From Eledone cirrhosa (Eukaryota): DNA of 64,000 bases. A model generated the notes under the pieces. The model searched no databases. It saw only the letters and a list, made by a program, of their open reading frames with translations, and had not been told where the DNA came from. The DNA lies in assembly GCA_964016885.1 (NCBI GenBank), contig OZ024749.1, forward strand, positions 19,840,001 to 19,904,000, written 5' to 3'. Below are positions 1 through 18,097 of the stretch, piece after piece; position 1 is the stretch's first letter, and every line of letters starts with the position of its first letter. A program made the translations under genes and the position numbers.

Positions 1-767
1 ATATATATATATATATCATATATATATATATATATCATATATATATATATCATATATATATATATCATATATATATATATCATATATATATATATCATAT
101 ATATATATATCATATATATATATATATCATATATATATATATCATATATATATATATATATCATATATATATATATATATCATATATATATATATCATAT
201 ATAGTATATATCATATATATATATATCATATATATATATATCATATATATATATATCATATATATATATATCATATATATATATATCATATATATATATA
301 TATATATCATATATATATATATATATATATCATATATATATATATATATATCATATATATATATATATATATCATATATATATATATATATATCATATAT
401 ATATATATATATATCATATATATATATATATATATCATATATATATATATATATATCATATATATATATATATATATATCATATATATATATATATATAT
501 ATCATATATATATATATATATATATCATATATATATATATATATATCATATATATATATATATATATATCATATATATATATATATATATCATATATATA
601 TATATATATATATCATATATATATATATATATATCATATATATATATATATATATATCATATATATATATATATATCATATATATCATATATATATCATA
701 TATATATATATATATCATATATATATATATATATATATATATCATATATATATATATATATATATAT

Positions 768-798
<31 letters not shown>

Positions 799-1011
799 CA
801 TATATATATATATATATATATATCATATATATATATATATATATATCATATATATATATATATATATATCATATATATATATATATATATATCATATATA
901 TATATATATATATATATCATATATATATATATATATATATCATATATATATATATATATATATATCATATATATATATATATATATATCATATATATATA
1001 TATATATATAT

Positions 1012-1046
<35 letters not shown>

Positions 1047-1409
1047 TATATATATATATATATATATATCATATATATATATCATATATATATATATATA
1101 TATATATATCATATATATATATATATATATATATATCATATATATATATATATATATATATCATATATATATATATATATATATATATCATATATATATA
1201 TATATATATATATCATATATATATATATATATATATATATCATATATATATATATATATATATATATCATATATATATATCATATATATATATATATATA
1301 TATATATCATATATATATATATATATATATATATCATATATATATATATATATATATATATCATATATATATATATATATATATATCATATATATATATA
1401 TATATATAT

Positions 1410-1440
<31 letters not shown>

Positions 1441-1465
1441 CATATATATATATATATATATATAT

Positions 1466-1496
<31 letters not shown>

Positions 1497-2997
1497 CATA
1501 TATATATATATATATATATATCATATATATATATATATATATATATCATATATATATATATATATATATATCATATATATATATATATATCATATATATA
1601 TATATATATCATATATATATATATATATATATATATCATATATATATATATATATATATATATCATATATATATATATATATATATATCATATATATATA
1701 TATATATATATATATCATATATATATATATATATATCATATATATATATATATATATCATATATATATATATCATATATATATATATATATATATATATC
1801 ATATATATATATATATATATCATATATATATATATATATATCATATATATATATATATATATCATATATATATATATCATATATATATATATATATATCA
1901 TATATATATATATCATATATATATATATATATATCATATATATATATATATATCATATATATATATATATATATCATATATATATATATATATATCATAT
2001 ATATATATATATATATCATATATATATATATATATATCATATATATATATATATATATCATATATATATATATATATATCATATATATATATATATATAT
2101 CATATATATATATATATATATCATATATATATATATATATATCATATATATATATATATATATCATATATATATATATATATATCATATATATATATATA
2201 TATATCATATATATATATATATATATCATATATATATATATATATATCATATATATATATATATATATCATATATATATATATATATATCATATATATAT
2301 ATATATATATCATATATATATATATCATATATATATATATATATATCATATATATATATATATATATCATATATATATATATATATATCATATATATATA
2401 TATATATATCATATATATATATATATATATCATATATATATATCATATATATATATATATATCATATATATCATATATATATATATATATATATATCATA
2501 TATATCATATATATATCATATATATATCATATATATATATATATATCATATATATATATATATATCATATATATATATATATATCATATATATATATATA
2601 TCATATATATATATATATCATATATATATATATATCATATATATATATATATATCATATATATATATATATATATATATATGATATATATATATATATCA
2701 TATATATCATATATATATATATATATCATATATATCATATATATCATATATATATATATATATCATATATATATATATATATCATATATATATATATATA
2801 TCATATATATATATATATATCATATATATATATATATATCATATATATATATATATATCATATATATATATATATATCATATATATATATATATATCATA
2901 TATATATATATATATCATATATATATATATATATCATATATATATATATATATCATATATATATATATATATCATATATATATATATATATATATAT
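1..2997. repeat. Giant (TA)n microsatellite regularly interrupted by C (TCA variant units)
   Basis: Pure TA dinucleotide with a periodic C; the IY/MIY ORFs here are artefacts. Confidence 0.97.
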
Positions 2998-3002
2998 GCT
3001 CA

Positions 3003-3438
3003 ACATGCATACGCATGCCAAAAAGATGTATGCAAATACAAAAATTCAAGGCTAATGTCTCTGTAAGTTTATAATCCACAGATAAAATGCGTATAGACAC
3101 ATAAATATGAAATAAGTGTATACACATATCCGTACACTCACACACACGCGCGCGTATATGCATAAACATACACATAATTACGAACATACATACACACACA
3201 CACCCCCACACACATATATATGTGGATATAATATTATCATAAGCACATGGATATTAATTCACTCACATAAACACTGCCACACACATTTAGATCAAGATAC
3301 AGAAATTAGGTGGGAGGGGGGGAGAGAGAGGTCAGTATTCAACGGTTTGGGCAGACTGCTTATTTATAGATGTATCTATAAACTAATAAATAAAAAGAAA
3401 AGAAAAGAAAAAGAAAAAAGAAATATATCAAGAAAATA

Positions 3439-3440
<2 letters not shown>
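3003..3440 (-). mobile_element. 3' UTR/pLTR segment of Penelope-like element 1 (left arm of a long inverted repeat)
   Basis: Reverse complement of about 8615-9060, e.g. ACATGCATACGCATGCCAAAAAGATGTATG at 3003 vs 9031-9060; lies downstream of the minus-strand PLE ORF. Confidence 0.75.
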
Positions 3441-3498
<58 letters not shown>

Positions 3499-5040
3499 CA
3501 TCTACACATACAACACACACACACACACATATATAAACATATACATATATATATATACACACATACATATATATATATATATATACACACATATATACAC
3601 ATATATACACACACACATATATAGACACACATATATATACACATACACGCACATATACATACACATACATACTTATATACATACAGACATACACATACAT
3701 ACATATATATACACACATATACATACATACATACACACATACACACATACACATACATAGACATAGATATATATTCACCCACACATACGTACTTATATAT
3801 ACGCATATATACAAATACTTACGCATCCATATATCGGTATATACATACAAACACCACTACACTCTCACACAACTCAGACATACAAAGAAAAAGGTATATA
3901 CATATACACATATACACATACAAATAGAGATACATATACATATATATATATATATATATATACATACATATATATATATACATACATATATACACATATA
4001 TATACATACACACACATACATGTACACACACATACACATACATACATACACACATACATATATAGTCACACACACACCTACACAAACATACACATACACA
4101 TATATGTACATACATACACATACATACATACATATACACACATATATATATATATATACACACATACACACATACATACATACACACACACATACATACT
4201 CATACATAGACATAGATATATATTCATACACACATACGCACTTACATATACGCATATATACAAATACATACGCATCCATATATGCGTATATACATACAAA
4301 CACCACTACACTCTCACACAACTCAGACATACAAAGAAAAAGGTATATACATATACATATATACACACATTAATAGAGATACATATACACATATATATAT
4401 ATATATACACACATACATTTATATATATACCCACACACACATACAACCATAAACACACATACAAACACATACATACACACATATATACATATATATACAC
4501 ACACACAAAAACACACATACACATATATATATACATATATATACATATACACACCTTCACATATATACATATACACATAAGTTATATTATAATAATAAAT
4601 AATATATATATATACACATACGAATATATATATACACACATAGATATACATATATATATATATACACGCACACACACACACTCACATATATATGTGCGCA
4701 CACGTACATATATACACATACACACATATACATGTGCATACATGTACATACACACATATACCCACATAGATACGAAGATAGACATATATATAGAGAGACA
4801 TACATATACATACACATATATACATACACATACATACACACATATATATATATATACACATATATATACACATGCATATATACACATATATACATATACA
4901 TATATATATACACACAATCATACATTCTTATTTGCATGCGCATATATGTATTTTTATACTCAGATATAAACACCCAAACATATATACACCTACCTACATA
5001 TATATTCATACATACACGCTTACAAACACAGATGATAATA
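3440..5040. repeat. Compound (CA)/(TA)/(TACA) microsatellite with an internal direct duplication (about 3760-3930 and 4205-4385)
   Basis: Low complexity; the unique block CAAACACCACTACACTCTCACACAACTCAGACATACAAAGAAAAAGGTATA occurs twice. Confidence 0.85.
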
Positions 5041-5199
5041 GTATGGGGGAAAGGGGGGGGTGGAAAAGGGGATTATAGTAAATATATGTTTCAAGAAACA
5101 TAGAATATTAATCTGTATTTGGATCTCAATATATGTTTTTACATAGTTTCAGTGTTAGGAAATGCAAGAAATAAGGCAAAATTATGCATTTCAAAATAA

Positions 5200-5595
5200 G
5201 TATACCATTAATTATATGTTAACTAAACTAAAGATAGTTAACATATTGATTTCTAAGGTGTAAATTAGTTAGGTTTATAATATTTGAAGCAGAATTTTGA
5301 AGTTAAATAGTAGTAGAGTATTAATTATAGTATAACTAAATTAAAGTTATTAACGTTATGGTATCAATATTAGGAAATGAATTTAGTAATAGGGAAAAAA
5401 CAAATAAAGTATTACATCGGTAGTAGAATATAAATTATAGGTTAACTAAATTAAAAATTATATATTAATTTCTATAGTATATGTTAATTAGGTATATAAT
5501 AAATAAAACAGATATTGTATTTTATCAATAGCAGAATATAATTATATGCAAATAGAAATCAAAATTAATACATATACATATACATATACATACAC

Positions 5596-5626
<31 letters not shown>

Positions 5627-6135
5627 TACATACATACACATACATACATACATATACATATTTTTTTCAAAAATTGCAAAGAATATATTAACTAGGTATA
5701 CATCCAAAACACATCCCATTCTATGATTACATGACACTCTGCAATCCGTCTGTATAAGGATACTAATTTTAAGCCAATTAAATTAAATTTTTAGGTTGAC
5801 TAAATTTAAAACCAAATTATAAATATATTTCTAAAATGTATATTAATTAGGTCTATAATACTAAAAATTATTTCTCTGTCATTGGATACACGATATTTTG
5901 TTATATTTTATCTGTAAAGGAATTTAATAAAAGGTTTAAATAAATTAAAATTAATCTATAAAATAAATTACTAAGTATATATTAGTAATATTTAAAGGTT
6001 TTTCACAATTTATGATTACACAATATTTTATATTCTCATCTGTAGTAGAATTTTAATTAAATTAAATTTACAGGTTAACTAACATTTAAATTAAATTAAT
6101 TTCTAAAATAATGTTATTAATTAGGTTTATAATAT
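5200..6135. repeat. Degenerate AT-rich tandem repeat in the presumed PLE 3' UTR
   Basis: Recurring AGGTTAACTAAATTAAAATTA-like and TAATTAGGT.TATAAT motifs. Confidence 0.55.
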
Positions 6136-7895
6136 TTAAATGTTTTTTTTAAGTTTATGATTACACGATATAATTAATTCCTGTCGTTTATTTAATAGGA
6201 TATCCTTAGATTTCATTATTTCAAATAGTTCTTGGGAACATAATCTACATTCATTTCTATTATTTTGATAAGGGGTGGCTCTTTTGAGCACACTCCAGGT
6301 CAAATCATATTCTATATTCTTATTTTTATAACTATTGATTTTTTCTGCTAGAGATGTTGTATTAGCCAGTGCGGCATTTTTAAAACTATGCTTGTGGGTA
6401 TTAAACCTTGTCTTAAAATTGTTAGAGGTAGCTCCTATATATGAGCAAATAGAATCTTTAGTGTTAACATTACATTTATAGACTATGTTGTTAACAAGAC
6501 AATTCCCTTTTAATGGGCAGTTTGCTTTGTTTCTACAGTTACAACCTTTCGTTAATTCTGTATTTGAGGAGATATTATGGTTAATTTGATGTACTGGTGG
6601 TATACTTATGGTTTTCTTACATTTATATGCATTATAGGCACTTATATTTTGTTTTATGTTATTTGTTGTTGAGTATGAGAATTTAACTGTAGACCTATTT
6701 AAGATTTGATGGTATTTGTGGTTTGGCGGGAAGTTTTTCTCTAGGATATAAAAAATTTTTTTAGCAATATTATCCTTAATTTGTAAATTAAATGGAGCAT
6801 TATACCAAGTAACCCGTCTATTACGGTTTCTATGTTGTTTATTATTTTTATTATTTTTATAGGTTGTATCGTGATGTTTACTAGGAGGATTAATGTTAAT
6901 GATCTCATCACAACCATTTTTAGTTATATTTGTAGATTTAGGTGTTTTATCTTTTTTATTAGGAGTTTTATTATTAATATTTATTAGAGTTGTATGATGA
7001 GTAGTTTTTTGAGAGTTACTATATTTTATATTAGAAGATTTGGTATTTTGGGGTATAGTGTGGGTGGCATTTAGGTGTGTACTTTTCATTTGGTGTTTGT
7101 TGGTAATATTAGGTTGTATGCTTTTAGTATTTTTAGTAGAAGGTATATATTCTAATCTATTTTTGTGGCCACTTCTATCTAGAGCTTCGTTATAGAAGGT
7201 CGCATTTTTATCAAATACATCTTGGTTAGAAGAAAGGTTAGAAATTCTAAGTGATATATTATATGCAAGGTTTTTAAGGATAGATTTAGGGTGATTAGAT
7301 TGTGAGTGTATGTAATGTAAGTTTTGGTTTGGTTTATGGTAAGGTTGGTAGATACCCGTAGCTAAATCTAAAGTTATATCTAGGAAATTTACTACTTTAC
7401 TTGTTTTTTCAAAAGTAATATTAAGATTATAATAGTCTTTAAGGAGAGTTCTAATATGTTTTTTGTTTTTTTCAATTTCTGAAAGGCTAAGGTTGTTAGA
7501 AAGAAGAAGACAGTCATCCCGATATAAACCACCTTTGAGGTGGGGAAAGGAGGCATTTATGTTGAAAAGGAGAAAGAGGCCCACAAGATCAGTAATTTGG
7601 GCGGAATCGCTTGAACCCATAGTAATATCAAATAGATTACTATATGTGTTTCTGGTCCAGTATTCATTCTGAAATTCAATAAGTGTTAGTCTAGCATGTG
7701 TAATAATATTAATGTCATCCAAAGTTAAGTTAGATCTATTTTTAGCAAATATCAATGCTTTGTTCAGGAGTATAGGTGATATAGAAGAATAGTAATTATC
7801 TATATCAAATTGTAGAAATGAAGCAGAAGATTTACATCTAATATTTTTAAACCAGTTAATTACCTGGGAGGTGTTTTCCCAGAGTGGTAAAATAA
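6136..7895 (-). mobile_element. Penelope-like retroelement ORF (Naiad type), RT + C-terminal GIY-YIG endonuclease, 5'-truncated
   Basis: Frame extends upstream of the ORF call: [27 protein letters not shown] (RT motif A), FDITMGSSDSAQITDLVGLFLL, GLYRDD, VNFLDITLDL, WYNAPF, CNCRNKANCPLKGNC, VYKC..YIGAT..FKTRFNTHKHSF, CRLCSQE. Confidence 0.92.
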
Positions 7896-7916
7896 CGTAT
7901 ATGTATATATATATAT

Positions 7917-7970
<54 letters not shown>

Positions 7971-8071
7971 ATGTGTGTGTATATATATATATATATATAT
8001 TTATATGTGGGTATGTATGTGTATGTGTGTATATATATGAGTGTGTTTATATATATACGTGTGTAGATGTG

Positions 8072-8112
<41 letters not shown>

Positions 8113-8153
8113 GTGTATATGTATGAGTGTGTATATATATACGTGTGTTGTGA

Positions 8154-8194
<41 letters not shown>

Positions 8195-8583
8195 CGTGTA
8201 TGTGTATATGTGTGTAAAAATATATATATATATATATATATATGTGTGTTTATGTGTGTATGTGTCTATGTATTTATATGTGTATATGTATGTGTCTCTA
8301 TATGTATGCGTGTGTGTATGTGTATTTATATGGTATGTGTATGTATATGTATGTGTATGTATGTGTTTGTATATATGTGTATGTATATGTATGTATATGT
8401 ATGTGTGTGTATGCGTGTGTATTTATTTATATGTCTATATGTATGTATATCGATGTATATTTTATATTTTACTTGTTTGTATATATATATGTATGTGTAT
8501 GTATATGTGTATATATATATGTGTGTGTATATATGTGTGTATATATATGTGTATATATATATATATATATATGTATATGTATA

Positions 8584-8618
<35 letters not shown>

Positions 8619-9559
8619 TTTCTTGATATATTTCTTTTTTCTTTTTCTTTTCTTTTTATTTCTAAGTTTATAGATACATTTATAAATAGGCAGTCTGCCG
8701 ACACCGTTGAATACTGACCTCTCCCCCCCTCCCACCTAATTTCTGTATCCTGATCTAAATATGTGTGGCAGTGTTTATGTGCGTGCATTAATGTCCATAT
8801 GCTTATGATAATACTATATACACATATATATGTGTGTGGGGGTGTGTGTGTGTATGTATGTTCGTAGTTATGTGTATGTTTATGCATATACGCGCGTGTG
8901 TGTGTGAGTGTACGAATATGTGTGAGTATATGAATGTGTGTATACATTTATTTTATATTTATGTGTCTATACGCATTTTATCTGTAGATTATAAACTTAC
9001 AGAGACATTAGCCTTGAATTTTTGTATTTACATACATCTTTTTGGCATGCGTATGCATGTGAACATATATCTTTATGCAAATATGTGTACGAAGTTAATT
9101 ACATGTATATACACACACCTAACTGCATAAAATTTTTTGTATTTTCATTGGTCAATTTGAACTCTGTTCCCAAACGGACCTGAAATTTTGAATTGTTGTT
9201 ATTATCAATAAATATATTTCATTATTTCTGAAGACGGCATATATATGTGTTTGGTATGTATATTTAATTTTGATAGTTTGTATAATTTTGTATAATTTTG
9301 TACATAGATCTGTTGAATATGCATGCCAATTCTAACACATATATATCCTAGAAACGATCGTTAAATAATGAACTTTTTTTGTTTAATATAAGGAACTGTT
9401 TCATTGTTTTATTCATTATTTTTTTAATATTTTATCTTGACTCTGTATTCCGTTTATCTTTCACCGAAAGTGATTTTTCATTGCATCTCTTCTTTCCATG
9501 ATATCCGGATTACATTGAGTTCTTCATACGGATTGGACACTACCGTAAACTCTTGGTAG

Positions 9560-9565
<6 letters not shown>
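7896..9565 (+). mobile_element. Inverted copy of the PLE 3' UTR/pLTR at the 5' truncation point
   Basis: 8615-9060 mirrors 3003-3440; it continues into unique sequence carrying a hammerhead and ends at (TA)n. Inverted 5' pLTRs are a known PLE architecture. Confidence 0.7.
9218..9372 (+). ncRNA. Type I hammerhead ribozyme with long stem II
   Basis: Stem I TTCATTATTT(9218)/AAATAATGAA(9363); CTGAAGA at 9228; stem II ATATATGTGTT...AACACATATAT; GAAAC-GATC-GTT at 9351 (palindromic minimal stem III). Confidence 0.78.
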
Positions 9566-12819
<3,254 letters not shown>

Positions 12820-14630
12820 TGCCCTCTCATTCTCATGTGAAAGTTTGAGTGCAATCTCGGTGTCAAGTAGTGCACGTTTCAAATAGGATTCCTTCTTGTT
12901 TTTGTTTTGTTGACTATTCAACTGGTTTGAGAGTTTAGTTCTACGTCTCATAAGGATTTTCCTATCTCTGGGAATAAGATTTTTGTGTCTGTTTGCCTCT
13001 TTCTCCGGGACAAACTTTTTGCATATAGTGTGTATCGTTGTCATGAAGTGTTGAAATTGTGTGTTAGTGTCTTGTGTGGCGGTGTTTTCACTCCATGTTT
13101 GCTACCGGATTTCACTCTTAATCTTTTTCCAGTTAGCCTTGTAGAAGTTAAGGCTGGATAGCGTCCCGGAGCTTCTTAGTGGTTTTGTCTCTGTTGGTTC
13201 TCTTGGACCACATATCATTAGCTCTACTAAGTTATGATCCGAGAGAATTGTTGGTGTCACCTTTACATTGTGGATGAGCACTTCGTTGTTTGTAAAACAG
13301 AGGTCCAGAACATTTTCGCCTCTTGTTGGGAGGAGTATTCCTTGCTCCATGAACAGCCTGTGTGTGAGGGCCAGCAGGGATTCCGTCTGTCTCTGTTCTA
13401 TTGACGTCATTCCAGGGAGGAGGTGGCCCTCAGGCCATTTGACCTTTGGTAGGTTGAAGTCTCCCAGCAGTAGGATGTTGAGACCCTGGTCCAGTTTGTC
13501 AAGGACCTCTTCTATCCTACTTAGGCTATCCTCAAATTTACCCTTATGACTGGGGGCATCGGGCGGCCGATATGTGACACATATTACTGTCTATAGTTGC
13601 TTCATATGTATTATCAGTGTGTCACAGACTGAGTTTGAATGTGTCAACAGTACAATTGGTGTGACATCTTCACGGATATACAGAGCAACCCCACCATGAG
13701 TTCTCTCCTTCCTGTCCGAACGAAATACAGTATATTTCGGTATATGCATTTCTGCATCTGCTATACTGCTTGCCAGGTGCGTTTCGGTTAGTGCCATGCA
13801 TAGTGCTTGATTGCTTATGGCTAAGTCTCCCAGGTAGGAAATTTTACTCATGTTACTGAGTTTCACCAGGCCTCTGACATTCAGTAGCGGCACTGGTGTG
13901 ACTTTTGGGGTGCCAGTAATGGCTGTCGGTATGACACCTGGTCTGGTGTCAGCGGCGGCCACTCTGGGTCCCTTAACTGTGGTGGTCTCGAGTGCTGGTG
14001 TGGATGACCCTGGCTCTGGAGACGATGCAACCAGGTTAGCTGTCCCACAATCTTCTCTGCCTAAAAAATTTTTCAATATAAAGTTTTTCTGATCTGCTGC
14101 TGCCATCTGTATCTCGTCGGCATGTGCGTGCCTTCTCCTTGTTGGTGCGGCACGCGCGACATCAGCATACTTCTGGAGCGGCTTATTTCAGCTTTGGCTA
14201 GGGCATGTTGCACGAGTATGATGGGCATAGTTCGTTTGAGACCTAGGGTGGGCGAATCTGCATCCCATCCCTGTCTCTCCATGCCAGCATGTCCCGTTCT
14301 TGAAAAACTTGCACATTACTTGGGTTTTTTTGCTCCCAGTGTCTCGGTGCTTTCTGTTCTTCCTTTGAACAGTTGTCCACTGGTCCCTCTGCGCTTGGTT
14401 CTCCTTCGGAAGGTGATTTCGCTTTTCACCTTTGCCCTTTGCTTGTTGGTTGCCCGGCCTGCGGCGGAGGGTATATCATTTTCTTTCAGGTCCGTGCTTG
14501 TGCTCTCCTCCTTTTCTTTTTCCCTTTCCCTCTCTTTCTCCCCATCCCTCTCTTCGGTTTTCTCCTCCCTGAGGACACGGCTTAGCATCGCCATATGTGG
14601 TGCTATGAGGACATACGCCTTCTCAATTTC
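12820..14630 (-). mobile_element. CR1/L2-group LINE fragment: ORF1 remnant with CCCH zinc finger plus APE endonuclease; RT missing
   Basis: LLNVRGL..ALTETHL..RSDRKERTHGGVALYI; GDFN; PTRGENVLDLCFTN; SDHNLV; CKFFKNGTCWHGETGMGCRFAH at about 14245-14313; stops and frameshifts. Confidence 0.75.
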
Positions 14631-14667
14631 TTTTTTTTTATATATATACATTATATTATATTATATA

Positions 14668-15000
14668 TCATCATCATCATCAAGGTTTAGCGTCCGTGTT
14701 CCACGCTTGCAAGGGTTTGGACGGGGGTTTTCCCACTTGAGGCAAGAGTGGTTGTCTTGCTCGCATAGGACTGTCTGGCGGGTTTTCTACAGCTGGATGC
14801 CCTTCCTAACACCAACCACATTTACAGTGTGGGGCTGGGAGGTTTTTACCGTGTTGCCTACACGGCCACATTTACAGCGTGGACTGTGTGTTTTTTTTTG
14901 TCGTGACACCTACACGATCTCATTTGTTTCGGCCTGGATGTTGTGGCACCAACATAACTTTATATTGAAAGGGGCAGTGTGGATGGGGTGGGGTGGTGGG
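14668..15000 (-). mobile_element. RTE 3'-tail/SINE-like repeat with (ATG)n tail
   Basis: (CAT)n...GTCCGTGTTCCACGC...TTCTACAGCTGGATGCCCTTCCTAACACCAACC. Related copies at about 21440-21730, 26350-26630, 34255-34420, 35025-35200, 42360-42660, 46870-46965 and 61645-61815. Confidence 0.8.
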
Positions 15001-15157
15001 ACGGGGGTGTGTTTTGATAGAGATGCCTATATATATATATATACATTATATTATATATATATATACATTATATTATATACATTATATTATATTATATATA
15101 TATATACATTATATTATATACATTATATTATATTATATATATATATATACATTATAT

Positions 15158-15188
<31 letters not shown>

Positions 15189-15273
15189 CATTATATTATA
15201 TTATATATATATATATATATATATATTATATTATATATATATATATATATATATACATTATATTATATTATAT

Positions 15274-15335
<62 letters not shown>

Positions 15336-15340
15336 TATAT

Positions 15341-15376
<36 letters not shown>

Positions 15377-16444
15377 TATATCTATATATATATATATATA
15401 TAAAGGGAAGATGGACATTGTTTGGTGTTCCGAACTTGCATGCTACACCGTTCAGCCAATTTTCATGAAACCTCACACATATATAAAACTCAACGCGTAG
15501 AGTGGAATAGGCTACTTGAAATTTTCGAAAAATCGATAATCGGGCCCTATGACAGAATGAAATTTTATGTGAATTCGAACACAAGAACTCTTAGTTTACA
15601 TCTGGCGCAATAAAAATAAATTTCATATGCCCATATAAGGACGTGCGTTATTGATTGGACGGCCAGCTGCATGTCTTCCCAGCTGTCTCAGTAAACAACC
15701 GACCATTAAAGAGTTTATCTTTTCATATTCCACCTTATTCAAGTGGAAATACAGTATTATCCCTATCTGAAAATGGAAACAAACTTAATGGTGTCTTTTG
15801 TGATGCTAAAAGCTGTGAGTAAATTTTCAAACAGTCTTAAATAATCATGCTTTTTGAAAAAAAACATTACTAAATAATACGTTGACCAAGTTGTATTGTA
15901 CACATACAAAGTTGTAAAAAATGTTACGTCCGTACCAATGTTTTCCTTTTTTAAACAAAAGATTCTAAAAAATTACTTCATTTATAATAGTCTTTTGCAC
16001 AGGAAGTGAGTAACTTTTCGGGTGTTTAAACGTAAGTTCATCAGGGTTTGTGTCTTCATTATTAGCCCACCTCTAATGGCATTTTTTGTTCTGCTTACGA
16101 CTAAATGTTATGAGCGTATTTGCAATTAATTGCGCACACGTGCACACCTGCATGCAGATAGACACTGATAGCCAATAAAAAATCGATAACTTGCTTATTA
16201 AGATATCGGTCAAAAAGAGAGATTGAATGTACTTTAGAACATTTTTTGAATATATTGTTCTTTTTGGCATATGTCAGAAATATAGCTACTATACACTTTG
16301 GTTATTTTCTGTAACTAAAAAAACGGTTCCTTTTGGGTGGATACTTAACGAGAAAAATCCTAGGGTTTTGGACAAGTTGTTTTAGGCGCTGTATAGATGC
16401 CTATTTTGTCACACCTTGGTCATGAATTCGTATTCTTTTCCAAT

Positions 16445-16701
16445 AGATATTTTCCGCTCTATAAGGCTCACCAGGATATAAGGCGTATCATTTAAAATCA
16501 GGTCCGCGCAACGGTGTGTAAGGCCAACCAGGAAAATGCTATCTTCTTTACTTTTAGTCTAGATCTATTACTTCTGTTAGAGCCGTGATCGATTACCATT
16601 GTATTATTTATACATAAGGCTCACCGGAGTATAAAGCGCAGAGCTGTTTTTTGATTAAATTTAATTATTTTAAGTGCAATTTATAGACCGGAAAATTCGG
16701 T
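16445..16701. mobile_element. pogo/Tc1-mariner-type MITE nested in the Helitron
   Basis: Imperfect TIRs ATTTTCCGCTCTATAA ... TTATAGACCGGAAAATTCGG|TA; internal ATAAGGCTCACC repeats. Confidence 0.65.
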
Positions 16702-16824
16702 AAGTTATTGTAATCATATTTCCAAACCTTCCCATTCACCAGTAACCATGCTAACGAATCTGGTGTCATCTCTCTCTGTATTTAATCACCTCTCTCTAAC
16801 CTAACAGCTTCGTTACACGTCGTT

Positions 16825-16905
16825 ATGCCCACACGGAAACGTTCAAGACTTACCTCCAAAAAAGGTACAGTTACTGCTTTGAGACAACGAATTAGGCGTT
16901 CTCAG
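16825..16905 (+). CDS. Helitron N-terminal mini-ORF, exon 1 (MPTRKRSRLTSKKGTVTALRQRIRRSQ)
   Basis: ATG at 16825, 27 codons, CAG|GTATGA donor, phase 0. Confidence 0.6.
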
Positions 16906-17140
16906 GTATGAGTTCATTCACAATTGATTAATCCTTTATGCAATATTCTCCCTTAATGTTAGCAAGTTCTGCGTTTATCCTAACTGTCACCACTTTTAAG
17001 CAACTACAACATTCTAATCGTAGTTATATTAAATTTATTGTCTTACCTTGATTCCCTTTTGTTCATGTTAGACTTTTCTCATTTACTATTGACACTGCCA
17101 TTGGCTTAGCTAACCAGTAGAATTAATTAATTTTCTCTAG

Positions 17141-17383
17141 GAAACACCTGCTGAGCGCGAATCTCGACTCGCTGATAGACGTCTTTCCCGGCTGGTTGAG
17201 TCACCAACATCACGTACGACAAGGCTTGCTGATGTTCGCCTTCGTCGCCAACAAGCGCTGACGGAGGAATCACCAACATCCCGTCAGACGAGGCTTGAGG
17301 CTGTGGCAAAGGGCAATAACCCTAGATACAATTTTGATCAACTTTTTTTCACCTATAGCAAATTTACCGGGACAGGTCTTTAG
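17141..17383 (+). CDS. Helitron N-terminal mini-ORF, exon 2 with STPR-like repeats
   Basis: TTTTCTCTAG| acceptor, phase 0; ETPAERESRL..ESPTSRTTRL..ESPTSRQTRL; open to TAG at 17381-17383. Confidence 0.62.
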   Translation, partial: ETPAERESRLADRRLSRLVESPTSRTTRLADVRLRRQQALTEESPTSRQTRLEAVAKGNNPRYNFDQLFFTYSKFTGTGL

Positions 17384-18097
17384 CTACTCAAATCTACTTC
17401 AGAGATCACGCATTGATGTAAAAAATCAATAAAACTGAAGCGGGGCTCAATTTTGCACAAAAAAACAAGGCAAAGTTACACATGGGAAAACTTTTTACAG
17501 GAACGTCCTATATTCTTGAAAACTGTCACAAAAGACTCGCCATTATGCCGCGGTTAAGATAAAGGCCCTTTTAATTCTTCTTCTGCACATGTGAGCACAA
17601 AAATTGTAAAAAAAAAAAAAAAACCCCTGAAAGTAATCGACATTTTCACCCTGCTTTAAATTAACTGAACATTCAATATCAAGCGATTTTGAATTCCGTC
17701 AGTCGTGCAGAGAACAATTTCAACGATACACTGTGTAACTACAATTAATAAATTACACACCTGTGTCTACTAACCTATTTTTTTTCATTGAAGTTCAAAG
17801 TTTTGAACCTGTGATGCGCGGGAAGTAACTTTCACACATGCTAACAGACCAAAGGTCGACTTACACCCGGGCAACGCCGGGTACTTCTGCTAGTTATTTA
17901 TATATATATATACATTATATTATATATATATATATATATACATTATATTATATTATATATATACATTATATTATATTATATTATATATATATATTATATA
18001 TATACATTATATATATACATTATATTATATTATATTATATATATACATTATATTATATTATATTATATATATATACATTATTATATATTATATATAT

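Larger units (their letters stand above)
15381..17893 (+). mobile_element. Non-autonomous Helitron (about 2.5 kb)
   Basis: 5' A|TCTATATAT..AAAG; 3' hairpin ACCCGG-GCAACG-CCGGGT then ACTTCTGCTAG|T; the same TACATTATATTAT microsatellite lies on both flanks; no TSD; no Rep/helicase seen. Confidence 0.85.

Noticed and set aside
5100-6135. Mitochondrial insertion (NUMT)
   Set aside because: AT-rich but no recognisable mitochondrial gene or tRNA; looks like a degenerate tandem repeat
6136-7755. Selenocysteine recoding as in some Naiad elements
   Set aside because: No in-frame TGA; the CNC/CxxC positions are Cys in both PLE ORFs
14122-15468. 448-aa plus-strand ORF
   Set aside because: Read-through of antisense LINE, SINE tail and microsatellite
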